Shown here: piece by piece, positions 20,101 to 29,200 of the stretch
Layout: each line of letters starts with the position of its first letter
Numbering within the stretch: the first letter of the stretch is position 1
The notes under the pieces: model-generated
What the model saw: only the letters and a program-made list of their open reading frames with translations
The model's database searches: none
Told to the model about the DNA's origin: nothing
Origin: a virus
Lineage: Duplodnaviria > Caudoviricetes
Direction: 5' to 3' (one strand)
Length of the DNA: 36,450 nt
Virus record (IMG/VR): IMGVR_UViG_3300020414_002646
Span: 1-36,450 of that record
Position numbers and translations under genes: made by a program

Positions 20101-21658
20101 TATTAAATTTGAATTATATAATGAAGATGTTTCATTTGGAGATACTTTAGAAGTTGGTTATCCATTCTTTGTATCAAATAGTGTATTAGGAACTGGAGTT
20201 ACTTCACTTACAGGTGCAGGAGTTATTATTGGAATTGGAACTACATATGCAGACAATATCTATGAAGTTGCTGAAGTTTCAATATCTCCAAATGACAGTA
20301 AACTTGGAATTGTTACGTGTAGAGCTACTTATGAGGATTCGAGTTTAGATTATACTGCTCCTTATGCGGAAGGACATACAACTAAAATTACTGCAGGTAT
20401 TGGTAGTACTTCAAACTCTGGATATGGTTCTGTAGTTGCCATAGGAACTGATAAGATCGTAGTTGGTTCTCCATACGCTAATGATGTTGGTCTCAATACC
20501 AATGCAGGAGCAGTTTATGTTTATGACCATGATGGAACTAATGAAATCAAGATTACTGCTTCTGATCCTAGTCTAAATGCTTGGTTTGGAAATTCAGTTG
20601 CCATAGGAACTGATAAGATAGTTGTTGGTTCTCCCTCCGGTATATTCAACAGCACTGACGTAGGTAAAGTATACATTTACGATCATGATGGAACTAATGA
20701 AATCAAGATTACTGATCCTCAAAATAATCAGGATATGGAGTTTGGAGAATCAGTTGCAATAGAAAATGATAGAATTTTTGTTAGTGCTGTGGGTGATTAC
20801 AATACTCCTATTACCATTGATGACCTTGGAAGGGTATATATTTATGATTTAAGTGGTACTCAGGTTGGTGTTATAACAGATCCTGATCCTAATTTTGGAG
20901 GTGGAGGTGGTCATAAATTTGGAAGTGCAATTGCAGTAGGAGATGGTAAACTTTTAATTGCTGCTGAAAATGGCGGCAATAATAATCTCGGTGAGGTTCA
21001 TATTTACGATTTTGATGGAAATAATGCAACTTTTGCAAAAACAATCAATAACCCTGATGCCACTGGACCTCTGCAGAAGTATGGAGGTTCAGTGGCAGTA
21101 GGAGATGGTAAAATTGTTGTTGGTGATCCTAATGATATTATTGATTTTGGTAAAGGTGGATCAGTATTCGTTTATGATTTAGATGGTTCTAATGTGACTC
21201 GAATAAGGCCATCCGATCCGGAAACATTTAAATTCTTTGGATATTCAGTTGCTGTAAAACATAATAAAATTTTTATTGGAGCTACAGGTCAAGGAGGATC
21301 AGTTTATGTTTATAATTTAGATGGAACTCGTGAAATCAAGATTACTGCTTCTGATGGTGAGATTGGTGATAACTTTGGAACTGCAGTTGCCATAGGAACT
21401 GATAAAGTTGTTATTGGCGCTTCTAATGATCAAGTAGGTGTTGGTAGCACTGGTTCAGTTTATGTTTATGATCTCGATCTTAGAGACAATATTGATGTTT
21501 TTGGAAACTTCTCTTGGGGAAGATTTTCCACACTAACAAGAGCAACTTCTCCTCAATCATATACGGTTAGTGGAAATACTGTTTCTGGATTATCTACATA
21601 TCCTCAAATTCAAAGAAGAGGTTATGGATTGAATGACAGTGGAGCATACTCCAACTAA
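8171..21658 (+). CDS. giant gp7-like baseplate wedge initiator / structural protein (4495 aa)
   Basis: Between gp6 and gp8; N-terminal QLPEFI..FLKQYY and YQTKGT..SFEILFKVLY; DNDYYQNLSYSIKS..HSSG motif; YHYH-like domain; FG-GAP repeats. Confidence 0.85.
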   Translation: MADTKFDSRVKVSQIIKNQLPEFISSSEENFVDFLKQYYISLEHRGAAFDIANNFDQYISTDNLTADIVSKTYTLSQDVGYIDDEIFVSSTAGFPEEYGLLKINNEIITYTEKTETSFTGCIRGFSGVESYEEDRGQQNLVFKTTNISEHNQGDSVINLSNLFLKEFFKKLKYQFLPGLENNDLNPDVNVGSFIKQAKSLYQTKGTDGSFEILFKVLYGVNAEVIDTEKFLLKSSSAEFIRRKVLFGKLVSGQDPLKVAGQTLISSDGSASAPISEIDYYLSSTGENIYKISISEGYDEEGLLIGKFKETPLTKVIGNVPVGSTTITVDSTVSFPNSGTIISGSNNEISYTRKTVNQFFGCSNITTEILDTDEIKGSNYAISYEDGDINKPVIFELKNILSDFNFDDDEYTLIESGDKILVNNLGEYIRNNQEENTFKEFIFNSWIYNTSSRFEIESSESNTTHILAEFPDKVSLKKDDNVKIFRRGANESLATAKVENISRLQSDSSKGSLKLKEYEGENLGEGKYDIKRIIKTASSSSTTIPLEFSNVSANIQNTYDDGGKNIFVATNSLPDYEINPESIFEEITDTSSIGASEITISRPSLRFLTGDKITYTHGTGNPITGLTSGNEYYIKVVDSNKIKLYNSLSEIYTDANISLATESGIATTHRFTLSKLYNKKLSPSFSLRKYPISTYIDVKEKVKTPIDNTVGSLINGVEIFNYKGIDNVFYGPLSDVIVSEGGSGYDAVYPPKIEIDAPTEVGGTTALVSPVIAGTVHSVLLDEKDIPVKSVKSVSILGGNGTGAVLEPVIENRFREFEFDASSGVNNTTEAITFTQSHYFEDGQKVVYSTNGNNPLGIGTYQGSNVDQNKYLLNGGTYFAKYISSKSIGLYETKKDYLAGINTVGFTTVNKNGIHKIRSFNSEEVLSDIRVTNSGNNYQYRKLIITSDNRSTSISTTRSTINYKDHGFDDRSIVKYESTSTISGLTNDQDYYVIKIDNDSFRLAATKDDHTNKKYISIESIGGSVEHSFKYLPISVDIKVSYANTEQSVSATPVVRGEVIDLYVYEKGSKYGSEILNYEKLPLVSISSGKNAIVQPVIINGKIDSVFVIDSGSEYHSLPDLIVNGSGSGAKLKPVINPTTGSLTAVTVINSGFGYTSDTTISVKTIGTGLKLTPKIRSLTLDNNKKFGSEYFKKITTSITDVSYSVTGYFDEIRSSFEDNVGTENNDFTHSPIIGWAYDGNPIYGAFGYSNPSDGTTVKRLESSYTLDTSLVEDRPNLTDFPAGTFIEDYTFDGSGDLDEHNGRFTKTPDFPNGIYAYFAPIEENTNIPNTFQSVFPYFVGDTYRSSFIKSILENTQENFDIQNSGLLRNTAPYRVGQKNSSNDYIDFDFSDKFNGGEVESSSRGDVDSFTVSKNGFDYAIGDPLVFDNSTSGGSGVSAEVSEILGKTINNISVSRTKETGFVLENQNGKLKLSSDTYHNFTNNNFVKIDNLSTPVSGLSGFYKIESNTLSTTLNEEIVINSGVVTDIFVANIPSSVSAGNTIGIGTENLEVLNVFEQERILRVKRSVTGIAHAVGTGVTYRSSSFTIPFQIEELDSYENNKVYFNPTQSVGIGTTVGLSTSVSYTIGNSTQTLSIPTQTIYLPNHGFKDRQKVTIGRVSGVSSIGVYDYSTDSEFKILESLTEEVFVIKKSDNSIGIVTSLTGLGNTVGLAFTSAGADNYEYYFESKFNQITADVTEINCTVSVASSHGLNNNDNVTLSLLSNKNVGIGTSTHLRLRFDESTQKILVNSIGFNSTGINTTSNIIEIPNNDLRTGDKVYYETDISPSGLENNSFYYVFKVSDDKIKLSETLNDATGSTVKTISIGSTGGSDQKLSLVNPQIDVVKNNNLVFDISDSSFENKNIEFFGDENFINSYSSSSDISSFNVVGVGTAGNSGAKVTLNHSSSLDFNLYYAVKDETTGKVISADKDVKNYSKISYIDSFYNNNTYIVSAASTTTFQINLVGEPERDLYISSDVDSFSYSTDSKNAIGPISKIRKISPGFNYAFLPKFLDVTSSKGDGAGIKLVTKNIGNSERIKTINSGYSFPTDKTLSPSGNLPIIANIIKDHEIKNIVVTSGGSDYYTDPGLVLVDSETRESVDTVSFEVERNSNSIENVTAINSKGLDLKNYELFTIDNSNGVSVSKVEYSSSGIVTCTLVTPIGGFNIPPFSDNQEIFVEGIEKSGNDGDGFNSADVGYKFFTIAEYLDDTSPARVVFDISSFSTNPGIALTDQIYASIVPKSKYPIFEVNLEESKFIENEQLLIDIGNGYVLSENNVIKSDASIAKIIGPDLLKKGYKIQGRNSGSTAEINAITSLGGRFTEDVIYSTTDGWKNNIGNLSDDIQVLPDNDYYQNLSYSIKSPIEYERFIDPVNKIIHSSGLKNFGNLGITSSVSTGVGAAISDLSFTTDYITDVRVDIIKDFDTVKDVDVQFISADNKKSKYVEFQNKRLTDFFVCKTNKVLSIDNVENEFSSTTLGQEQYVDLLTYPKSVRYTNFLVQSVGIASTERQLNDIVVLNNNLDSFTIDKGTLTNSETVDYYADVNGFIDPAGNLSLRYEPINPFDKSYNIKIYRTFFDTTVTGVGTTSIGFVDITGNVESVGVGSTAQILGIATESSQALLSEIFVNDLTTNQMNFFEVAVVNDGIESKHSEYFVDTEKLSGKSQSRLVSIGSTIESGILKLNITNDSSNKILYKARTTNIDSPSVGTAGTYRFLAPEQPEGSERSMRLESNHVETGSVGVGTTVLTFDVATIGSVKSLIRIKNTDTNNTSMHQVMMVNDGADSFMMPKFYVSIGNTTGIGTFESQIDGSELNLLFYPDFTANYEISSYSHVLYEDLDSDNIITDKEYGNITETLKNSRFNSINGDGNDQLEFEMEYNGVPIFQKTFNPTNAGTLSTSTGIFTINDHFFSNNEEVTYESGATFIDVTPSSVGIGTTIVGGTQFTGDFITGLSTITGISSTLLDFFEVGQIISGPSIPTSTEIVSIGNTFQYFTGNIVGVASTVITGVANTSILKVNAGIFSGDGTSLGTIQSIGNQTVTSDQTIDVGTGRTYYTDTLGLGISLSNPSTSTQIRKSFSSGISTDVCPSDVYIIKLSPNTFKITGTNNSGIGFTFTSTGAGNAHKLTMKKNIEKTLINLNGIVQYPLSYSNISYTLEESINSSQEFISLSGITTVNPTDLLKIGDEYVEVQNVGFGTTSIGPITGIGTTTLVKVKRGFVGSTANSHSSGVSADLYKGSYDIVGNKLHFTHAPKGSGENDREDSRGLNFSRDTFNGRVFLRSDYSTNIVYDNISSEFNGIGRTFAVRYNGEDIDTIESGSPLLFINEVFQTPTSSNNAGNNYEYTDNGDTTTVTFTGITNPDDNVIVTSDTDVNQNGVPRGGVIVSLGSTPGLGYAPLVGASVTAVVSGGSIVSVGLGITDHNGSGYNDFVGIAVTVFEEGHSGTAAEISATVGLGGTLTFNVDEGGNGYNNPQIFVSDPAYSNLGAYGISRIGVGTTTDTGSAFAVNLEVGAGATVGVGSTYFGVTNFEVINFGYDFRLGDKFTVAGLVTDATLSEPIHQFELEVLGVYNDNFGSWQLGELDYIDSIKLLQNGVRQRFPLNYNGDLLNFEIDINDPDSAEIDLKELLLIFINGILQVPGDSYDFSGGTSIIFTSPPSSEDNVDIFFYRGTRGTDSFQQNILETVGIGDELQIKRDPDFEFSRTQDPRVIFDLRESDLVETVNYGGVGIVTEGDVVLNPSKITDIKFTDIIPQKADIVANGENISKARKRLASSVYPTTRLIRDIATSDTEIFVEDANSFNYEENELGKAIVEFDVLVTEGTDKELASTEVTVSSASTISSIGIISGGSGYGSGGTIDVKISTPPSGIGAGIGTIAEATATVSAAGTIASVSITNGGLGYSTTTSPQVLIPLPNPKIETISVSNVEGFSGIVTGIGTTTTSGNPAIKFELYNEDVSFGDTLEVGYPFFVSNSVLGTGVTSLTGAGVIIGIGTTYADNIYEVAEVSISPNDSKLGIVTCRATYEDSSLDYTAPYAEGHTTKITAGIGSTSNSGYGSVVAIGTDKIVVGSPYANDVGLNTNAGAVYVYDHDGTNEIKITASDPSLNAWFGNSVAIGTDKIVVGSPSGIFNSTDVGKVYIYDHDGTNEIKITDPQNNQDMEFGESVAIENDRIFVSAVGDYNTPITIDDLGRVYIYDLSGTQVGVITDPDPNFGGGGGHKFGSAIAVGDGKLLIAAENGGNNNLGEVHIYDFDGNNATFAKTINNPDATGPLQKYGGSVAVGDGKIVVGDPNDIIDFGKGGSVFVYDLDGSNVTRIRPSDPETFKFFGYSVAVKHNKIFIGATGQGGSVYVYNLDGTREIKITASDGEIGDNFGTAVAIGTDKVVIGASNDQVGVGSTGSVYVYDLDLRDNIDVFGNFSWGRFSTLTRATSPQSYTVSGNTVSGLSTYPQIQRRGYGLNDSGAYSN
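20380..21480 (+). repeat. seven FG-GAP repeats (beta-propeller) within the giant protein
   Basis: Seven (F/Y)G.SVA...(I/V)VVG...G.VY(V/I)YD units; identical DNA segments at 20434-20454, 20596-20616 and 21385-21405, and at 20528-20558 and 20684-20714. Confidence 0.9.
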
Positions 21659-21663
21659 AGTTA

Positions 21664-21671
21664 ACTAAATA
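21664..21671 (+). promoter_or_regulatory. late promoter variant
   Basis: ACTAAATA in the intergenic gap before gp8. Confidence 0.55.
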
Positions 21672-21689
21672 AAAGAAAAAATAATTAAA

Positions 21690-23261
21690 ATGTCTGGAGC
21701 AATTGTAACAGATCAATTTAGAGTTTTGAATGCAAGTAATTTTGCAGATTCTTTTGATCTTACTACAAATTCATATTATATGTTTGTTGGACTTACAAAT
21801 CCAGCTCTTGATTATTATGGCAGAAGCACTACATGGAATACTTCTACTCCCACACCAAAAGATGATTTTTCAAGTTTAGCACATACTAAAGATACGTTAA
21901 TTTTTGGAAAAAAGATAACATCAGTTGGATTGAGAAGGGTTATAAAGAAGAGGACTTGGAAATCTGGAACAAAATATGAAATGTATCGTGATGATTATAA
22001 CATTTCTAATCGATCACCAATAACAAATTCCACTAGATTATATGATGCCAGTTACTATGTAATCACATCCGAATTTAAAGTCTATGTTTGCATAGATAAC
22101 GGATCTTCTGGAACAAACCTTACAGGAAATTCGTCAATTGATGAACCAAAATTTACCGGTTTAGAACCAGCAGCTGCCGGTTCTAGTGGTGATGGATACT
22201 TATGGAAATATATGTTCACAATTTCTCCAAGTGATATTATAAAATTTGACTCTAGTGAATACATTCCCATTCCAAATGATTGGAGTACCTCAACTAATGA
22301 GGAAATTAAGAATGTTAGAGAAAATGGCAATTCTGATATTAACAATAATCAGATCAAAAAGGTTTATATAAAGAGTGCCGGATCTGGTTATAGTGGATCT
22401 ACAGTTTGTGACATACTGGGAGACGGTACTGGCGGAAAAGTTCAAATTAATGTTAATAGTACTGGTGAAATAACTTCTGCAACAGTAACAAAAGGAGGTA
22501 GCGGATATTCTTATGGTATTGTTGATTTAGATTCTATCAATGAAAGTGTTACTGCAGGAAATTTTGCAGAATTGATTCCAATTATTCCTCCATCAAAAGG
22601 ACATGGATTTGATGCATATGCAGAATTGGGAGCAGATAAAGCACTTCTTTATATAAGATTTGATGCTAGTGATAGAGACTTCCCCACTAGCACTAAATTT
22701 TCTCAGGTCGGAATTCTAAAAAATCCTAAAAAATTTGGAGTTGATGAGTTATTTACAGAGTCTCAATTTAATGGAACTCATTCCATTAGATTAAATAGTA
22801 CTATATCAACACCAGTTATTGGCGAAATAATTGAACAAACTTATACGGATGATAACTCAAATAATGTAAAGGCAAGGGGTTTTGTTGTTTCATATGACAC
22901 TGATACTAGAGTTTTAAAGTATCATCAAGATAGAAGTCTTTATTTTAGTGATAATAAAACTCATTTGGATAGTAAAGATAATAGTTCAGTAGAAAGTAGG
23001 GGTGTAGTTCCATTTACATCTAATGGAGGAAACATAACTTTCGTAAGTACTTCCCAAACTGCTTCAATTGACACATCTTTAGATGGTTCTGTAATCACCG
23101 TTGATAATAAAGTAATTAATCTTGGAGTTAATTTTGCAAGTGGCATTGCTAATCCCGAGATAAATAAAAACACGGGCGAAATAATCTATCTCGATAATAG
23201 ACCTGTTATCTCTAGAAATTCTAGACAAAAAGAAGATATTAAAGTTATACTGGAATTCTAA
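21690..23261 (+). CDS. gp8: baseplate wedge subunit gp8
   Basis: VYVCIDN, DGYLWKYMFTI, GEIIYLDNR..ISR...QKEDIKVILEF. Confidence 0.9.
   Translation: MSGAIVTDQFRVLNASNFADSFDLTTNSYYMFVGLTNPALDYYGRSTTWNTSTPTPKDDFSSLAHTKDTLIFGKKITSVGLRRVIKKRTWKSGTKYEMYRDDYNISNRSPITNSTRLYDASYYVITSEFKVYVCIDNGSSGTNLTGNSSIDEPKFTGLEPAAAGSSGDGYLWKYMFTISPSDIIKFDSSEYIPIPNDWSTSTNEEIKNVRENGNSDINNNQIKKVYIKSAGSGYSGSTVCDILGDGTGGKVQINVNSTGEITSATVTKGGSGYSYGIVDLDSINESVTAGNFAELIPIIPPSKGHGFDAYAELGADKALLYIRFDASDRDFPTSTKFSQVGILKNPKKFGVDELFTESQFNGTHSIRLNSTISTPVIGEIIEQTYTDDNSNNVKARGFVVSYDTDTRVLKYHQDRSLYFSDNKTHLDSKDNSSVESRGVVPFTSNGGNITFVSTSQTASIDTSLDGSVITVDNKVINLGVNFASGIANPEINKNTGEIIYLDNRPVISRNSRQKEDIKVILEF
23159..23166 (+). promoter_or_regulatory. 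late promoter internal to gp8
   Basis: GATAAATA about 100 nt upstream of ATG 23265. Confidence 0.45.
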
Positions 23262-23264
23262 AAA

Positions 23265-26200
23265 ATGTCTCAAAAAACAAATTTAAACACAAGTCCTTAT
23301 TATGATGACTTTGATCCTGGGAAAAATTTTCACAGGGTTTTGTTTAAACCTGGTTATCCAGTACAATCTAGAGAACTTTCCAATCTACAGTCTATTTTAC
23401 AGGACCAGGTAGAAAAGTTTGGATCACATTTTTTCAAAGAAGGATCATCTGTAAATAGAGGTCAAACTTGGTACGATTCTCAATATTATGCAGTAAAAAT
23501 TAAATCTTCTATATCAGGTGTAGATGTTTCTTTATATTTGAATGAATTAGTTGGAAAAACTATTAAAGGTCAAGATACTCAAGTAAAGGGTGTAGTAAGA
23601 AAAGTACTAACTACTTTAGAATCCGACGATAATGTAAATACCATTTATGTAAAATATAATCAAGGAGATACTGGATTCGAATTTAAACCTTTTTCCGATG
23701 GAGAATCACTAATAACAGATGATTCGGTTACTTATGGAAATACTACAATTGCATCTGGAGATATAGTTGCAGAATGTATTGATTTTAATGCAACTTCTAT
23801 TGGATCTGCATATTCTATTGGAGAAAGTATATATTTTATTAGAGGACATTTTATTAATGTTTCGGCACAAGAAATTATTCTTGATCAATACACCAATTCA
23901 CCAACTTATAGAATTGGTCTAGAAATTAGTGAAGAATTAATAAATGCTAAGCAAGATAATAGTCTTTTTGATAATGCAAAGGGATTTTCTAATTTTGCGG
24001 CACCTGGAGCAGATAGACTTAAAATTTCAACCAAATTAGTTAAAAAAAGAATTGATGATTTTGATGATAGAAATTTTGTCGAACTTGAAAGAATACTTAA
24101 TGGTGTAATCGTTGAAAGAAAAGATCCTAGAAGTGAATATAACTTATTAGAAGATTATTTTGCACAAAGAACTTTTGAAGAATCTGGAAACTATTCTTTA
24201 CAAGATTATAAAGTAGAAGTTCAAAATTCTTTAAATGATAGAATTAATTCTAATGGAATTTTCTTAAGCAATGAAAGAACTCAAGACAATAATATTCCAT
24301 CAGAAGATCTTTTAACACTTAAAGTTTCTCCAGGAACTTCTTATGTTGAAGGATATAAGATAGATACAAGAACAGCATTTATAGATCTTAAAAAACCAAG
24401 AGAAACTACAAAATTAACAGAAACTTTGATTCCATTTGAGATGGGAAATCTCATCAGAGTGAATAATGTTTCAGGAACTCCTCTCGTCGGTATTGATAAT
24501 AGTTCCTATCTAAACTTACAAAATCAAAGAAAGGGTGGTACTACTTCTGCAACAGGGACAACTATAGGACAAGCAAGAGTTTATTCTTTTGCTTCAAATG
24601 AAACCTATGAAAATAATTCTTCATCTTGGGATTTGTACTTATTTGATGTTCAGACATATACTCAATTAACTTTAAATACGTCTGCATCAATTTCAGAATC
24701 TACTTATATCAAAGGAAGAAGTAGTGGGGCAAGTGGATATGCCGTAGCCACTACTAGTGGAGTTGAAGTAAATCTAAGACAAACTTCCGGATCTTTTATT
24801 GCTGGAGAGCAACTAATTATCAATGGAGTTACGGAAACGAATAGATCGATCAAATCTATAAGAGTTTATACCACTGAAGATATTAAATCAGTTTATCAAG
24901 ATACAAGTGCAGTTTCAGGATTTTCAACTGATTTTGTTGCAGATTCTGTTCTATCAAATAAAAAAGTTTCTCAATTTAGTATTGTTGATACTTTAGATAT
25001 TAATGGTGGTATTGCAACTTGTGCAGGAAAGAATTTTGTAGGAATTAAAAGTGATTCAATAATTAGATATCAAAGAGCAGGTTTCAGCACTCCAACATTC
25101 AATAGAGTCGAATCAGTATCAACTGATGGTTTAACTCTAAATTTGGTTGGTGTTGCAACAGTTGCAAATGTGTGTGATGGTGCCGTAGATACAGATGAAG
25201 AAGTTACTTTCTCGGTCATTTCTCCAACATTAATTGACGAAGAAAAGGCATTTTTATATGCAGAGTTACCTGCAAAAAATGTTTCAGAAGTAAGTTTCTT
25301 AAATTCAAATATTAATGTCAATGCTCAAGCAACTGGCAAGTCTACTAGTTCAACTGGAGAGTTAACAGTAACTCTTACAGATGTAGGTATAACTAGTGCC
25401 TTTTTTGATGGTTTTGATACTGATAAGTATTCAGTAATGTATGAGGATGGCACAATAGAATCTTTAACTCAGGACCAATTTAGTGTAACAAATAATATTG
25501 TTACAATTAAAGGTTTAAAGCAAAGTGAATCTAATGTAGTTGTTAATACATCATTGAAAAAATCTTCAGTTGCTAATAAAGTAAAACAACTTTCTAGAAG
25601 TCAAAAGACCTTAGTTACTAGAACCAGATCTGGAATTTCGACTTCTTATGGATTAACATCAAGTTCTTATCATGGTTTGAGAGTTGAAGATGATCAAATT
25701 TCTTTAAATACCGCAGATGCAACAAATTTAATAGCGGTTTATGAATCTTTAGATGGAAATTCTCCTTCATTGGATTCTTTAACTTTTAATGCATCTTTAC
25801 AGTTGAATACTAATGCAATTTTGGGAGAAAAAATTGTAGGTGCTACTAGTGGAGCAATCGCACAAATTGTAACATTGGTTTCTGCACAAGAAATTGAATT
25901 TGTATATCTGAACGACAAAAAGTTCTCTACTGGAGAAGTTATTAATTTCCAAGAATCTTTAATTGAAAGTTCATTAGTATCAATATCAGTTGGAAACTAT
26001 ATCAATAGAACAGGTGATTATAGATTAGATAATGGTCAAAGAGAACAACTTTATGATTATTCTAGAATTGTAAAATCAAATAATGTAGTATCTCCTTCTA
26101 GAAGATTGCTCATTATCTTTGATAAGTATGTTGATTCAAATTCAACAGGAGATTTATTTACTGTTAATAGTTACAATACTGATATTAGTGATATACCATT

Positions 26201-29200
26201 ATTATCCTCAGGAATAAGAAATTCTGATATATTAGATTTTAGACCAAAAGTTTCCGATTTTAACCCAGATACTGCAACAAAATCTCCATTCGATTTTGAA
26301 GCAAGAGATTTTTCATCCACAACATTTAATGTTATTTCCCCGAATGAAAGTTCAACATTAAGATATTCTAACTATCTCCCAAGAACAGACAGACTTATTT
26401 TAGGAAAAGATGGTATATTTAAATTAATCACTGGAAAATCTGCAATTAATGCACCAGAACCTAATGATAGATTTGAGGGAATGGAAATAGCAACTATTTC
26501 TCTTCCTGCATATTTGTTTGATGTTAGAGATGTCTCTATTAATTTAAGAGATAATAGAAGATTTACGATGAGAGATATCAGAAGAATTGAAGATAGAGTT
26601 GAAACTTTGGAAAAGGTTACATCTCTTTCTCTATTAGAATTAGACACTAAATCGATTGAAATTCAAGATAATGATGGATTCAATAGATTTAAATCTGGTT
26701 TTGTAGTTGATGATTTTAAAGATTTTAATGTTATCGATATTAATAATCCAGATGTAAATGCAAATCTTGATGTTGAACACAGCGTGTTAACCAGTGATAG
26801 AGATGAGTTTTCACTCAAAACTATTTTGGCACCAGCATCTTCAATTAATTTAAATACTTTAGATTATAGTACAGATTACGAATTATTAGATTCTAATTTA
26901 CAAAAAACTGGTGATTTAGTCACTCTAAAGTATGAAGAAGTTGAATGGGGGATTTTAACTCAACCATTAGCAACTAGAGTTTCAAATGTTAATCCATTTA
27001 ATGTTGTATCAACAACTGGATCTATTGCATTAAATCCACAAAATGACACTTGGACAAGAACTGTTGTTATTCAGGGACAAGCTAGAACAAGATGGCTTGC
27101 TTGGTGGGATTTTGCCAATGAAACATTCAATGATAGACTGACTCAAGAATTGTTTTCTAGCACTGCAGATCCATTTATGAGATCTAGAAATGTTTCTTTC
27201 CATGCATCTGCTATAAATCCATATACAAGATTTTATCCATCTCTAGATTCAAATAGACAAATTGATATAATTCCAAAATTATTGGAAATTAATATGGTAA
27301 GTGGTGTTTTCCAGGTTGGAGAAACAGTTGAAGGATTTGTTGGAGATGAAAGAGTTATTTCTTTCAGAGTTGCTTCTCAAGATCATAAATCTGGTCCTTA
27401 TGATGCAATCTCAACAACTCCTAATTCCAGATTCTATCCATCAAACCCATACGATAATCCTATCGTAGTTCCTCTATCCGGATATAATGCATCAAGCAGT
27501 GTCTTGAACGTTGATTTAGATTCTCTATGTCAAGAGGCAATTGGAGAGTTTAGTGGTAGAGTTGAGGTTGGAATGACTTTATTGGGAACTACTTCCGGAG
27601 CAGAAGCAACACTTGCAAGAAATAGATTAATCACCGACAGTCAGGGGCAAGTTTTAGGATCTTTCTTCATTAGAGATCCTAATGCAACTCCTCAACCATC
27701 AGTAAAAATTTCTACTGGTTCTAAAGTATTCAAACTATCTTCATCTATAACTGATGAAAGTCTTCTTCCAGAAGGGTATGTTATTTCTAATGCAGAGGGT
27801 GAATATACTGCTGAAGGAACTTTAGAAACTATGGAAGAATTCTTATTGACTGTTCGTAGACGTAATCCACCCCCACCACCTCCACCACCACCAGCACCAC
27901 GAGCAAATAGAGGCGATCCTTTAGCACAGTCTTTTGCTGTCACCGATGAAAGCGGATTTATTTCATCAGTAGATCTTTGGTTCCAACAAAAGGACGAGTT
28001 TCAACCAATAACTGTTGAAATTAGACCAATGGAGTTAGGACTACCAACAGATAGGTTACTTGGATCTAACGCAACAGTTGATGTTTTCCCAGATAGTATT
28101 AATGTTTCTGCAGATGCTAATGATTCGGCATATACTAGAGTAACATTCCCAAGTCCAGTTTTTGTGGAAAGAGGTAGAGAGTATGCAATTGTAATCTTAT
28201 CGCCATTCACAAATAATTATTATGCCTGGCTTGCAAGAATGGGAGAACAAACTATAGAAACAAAAAATCTTCCAGATTCTGAATCTGTAGTTTATAGTAG
28301 ACAATATGTTGGAGGATCTCTGTTTAAATCCCAAAATGGAACAACATGGACAGCAGATCAATTGGATGATTTAAAGTTTAGAGTTAATAAGTGCAGTTTT
28401 ACTTCTACAGAAGGAACCGCATATTTCTATAATCCATCTCTACAGAGAACAAAAAATACTAGAGACTTTAATTCTCCCAGTACATATTCAACTGTAAATA
28501 ATCCAATTACAGTATATCCCAGAAAGTTAACTGTTGGACTTCAAACCACTACAGACTCTGGATCAATATTAACTATTGGTAGAAAAGTTGGTGTTGCTGA
28601 TACTACAACTGGTATTATTGAACAAGTAGGAGGTAACATTAATGGAAATCCATCTATAACAAATGTTGGAACTGGGTATTCTACAGGAACTTTTTATAAT
28701 GTTTCTCTTTATAATATTACTGGATCTGGCATTGGAGCAACTGCAACTGTTGTTGCAGATTCTGATGGTGAAATATCATCAGTAACAATTGGTTCTACTG
28801 GTTTAGGATATGTTCAGGGTGATGTTTTAGGAATTACAACATCAGATGTTATAAAAGGAGATGGTGCAAGACTCACTGTATCATCTACACATGGAATCAA
28901 TAGATTATATCTAACCGATGTTGTAGGAGAAACTTTCTATCCTAATGCAACAACACCATTGGTTTATTATGTTGGAAATACTAGTGTTTCGCTAGGAAGT
29001 ACTTATACAACAAGTAGTTCAGTTACCGAAGATAAGTATTCTGGTAATGTTTTTGAAGTTATTGATCATAGTCACGGAATGCACGCTTCAAATAATGTAG
29101 TTAGAATTTCTGGGGTTCTCCCAACTTCTAGTGCAGTAAAAACCACTGAAGAGATTACAACAGAATCTACGACGATTACATTAGAAAATGTTGGAATATT

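Noticed and set aside
20434-21405. Near-identical repeats as a DGR template/variable pair
   Set aside because: Repeats are short, in frame and match propeller blades; differences are not clearly adenine-specific; no reverse transcriptase in the window.
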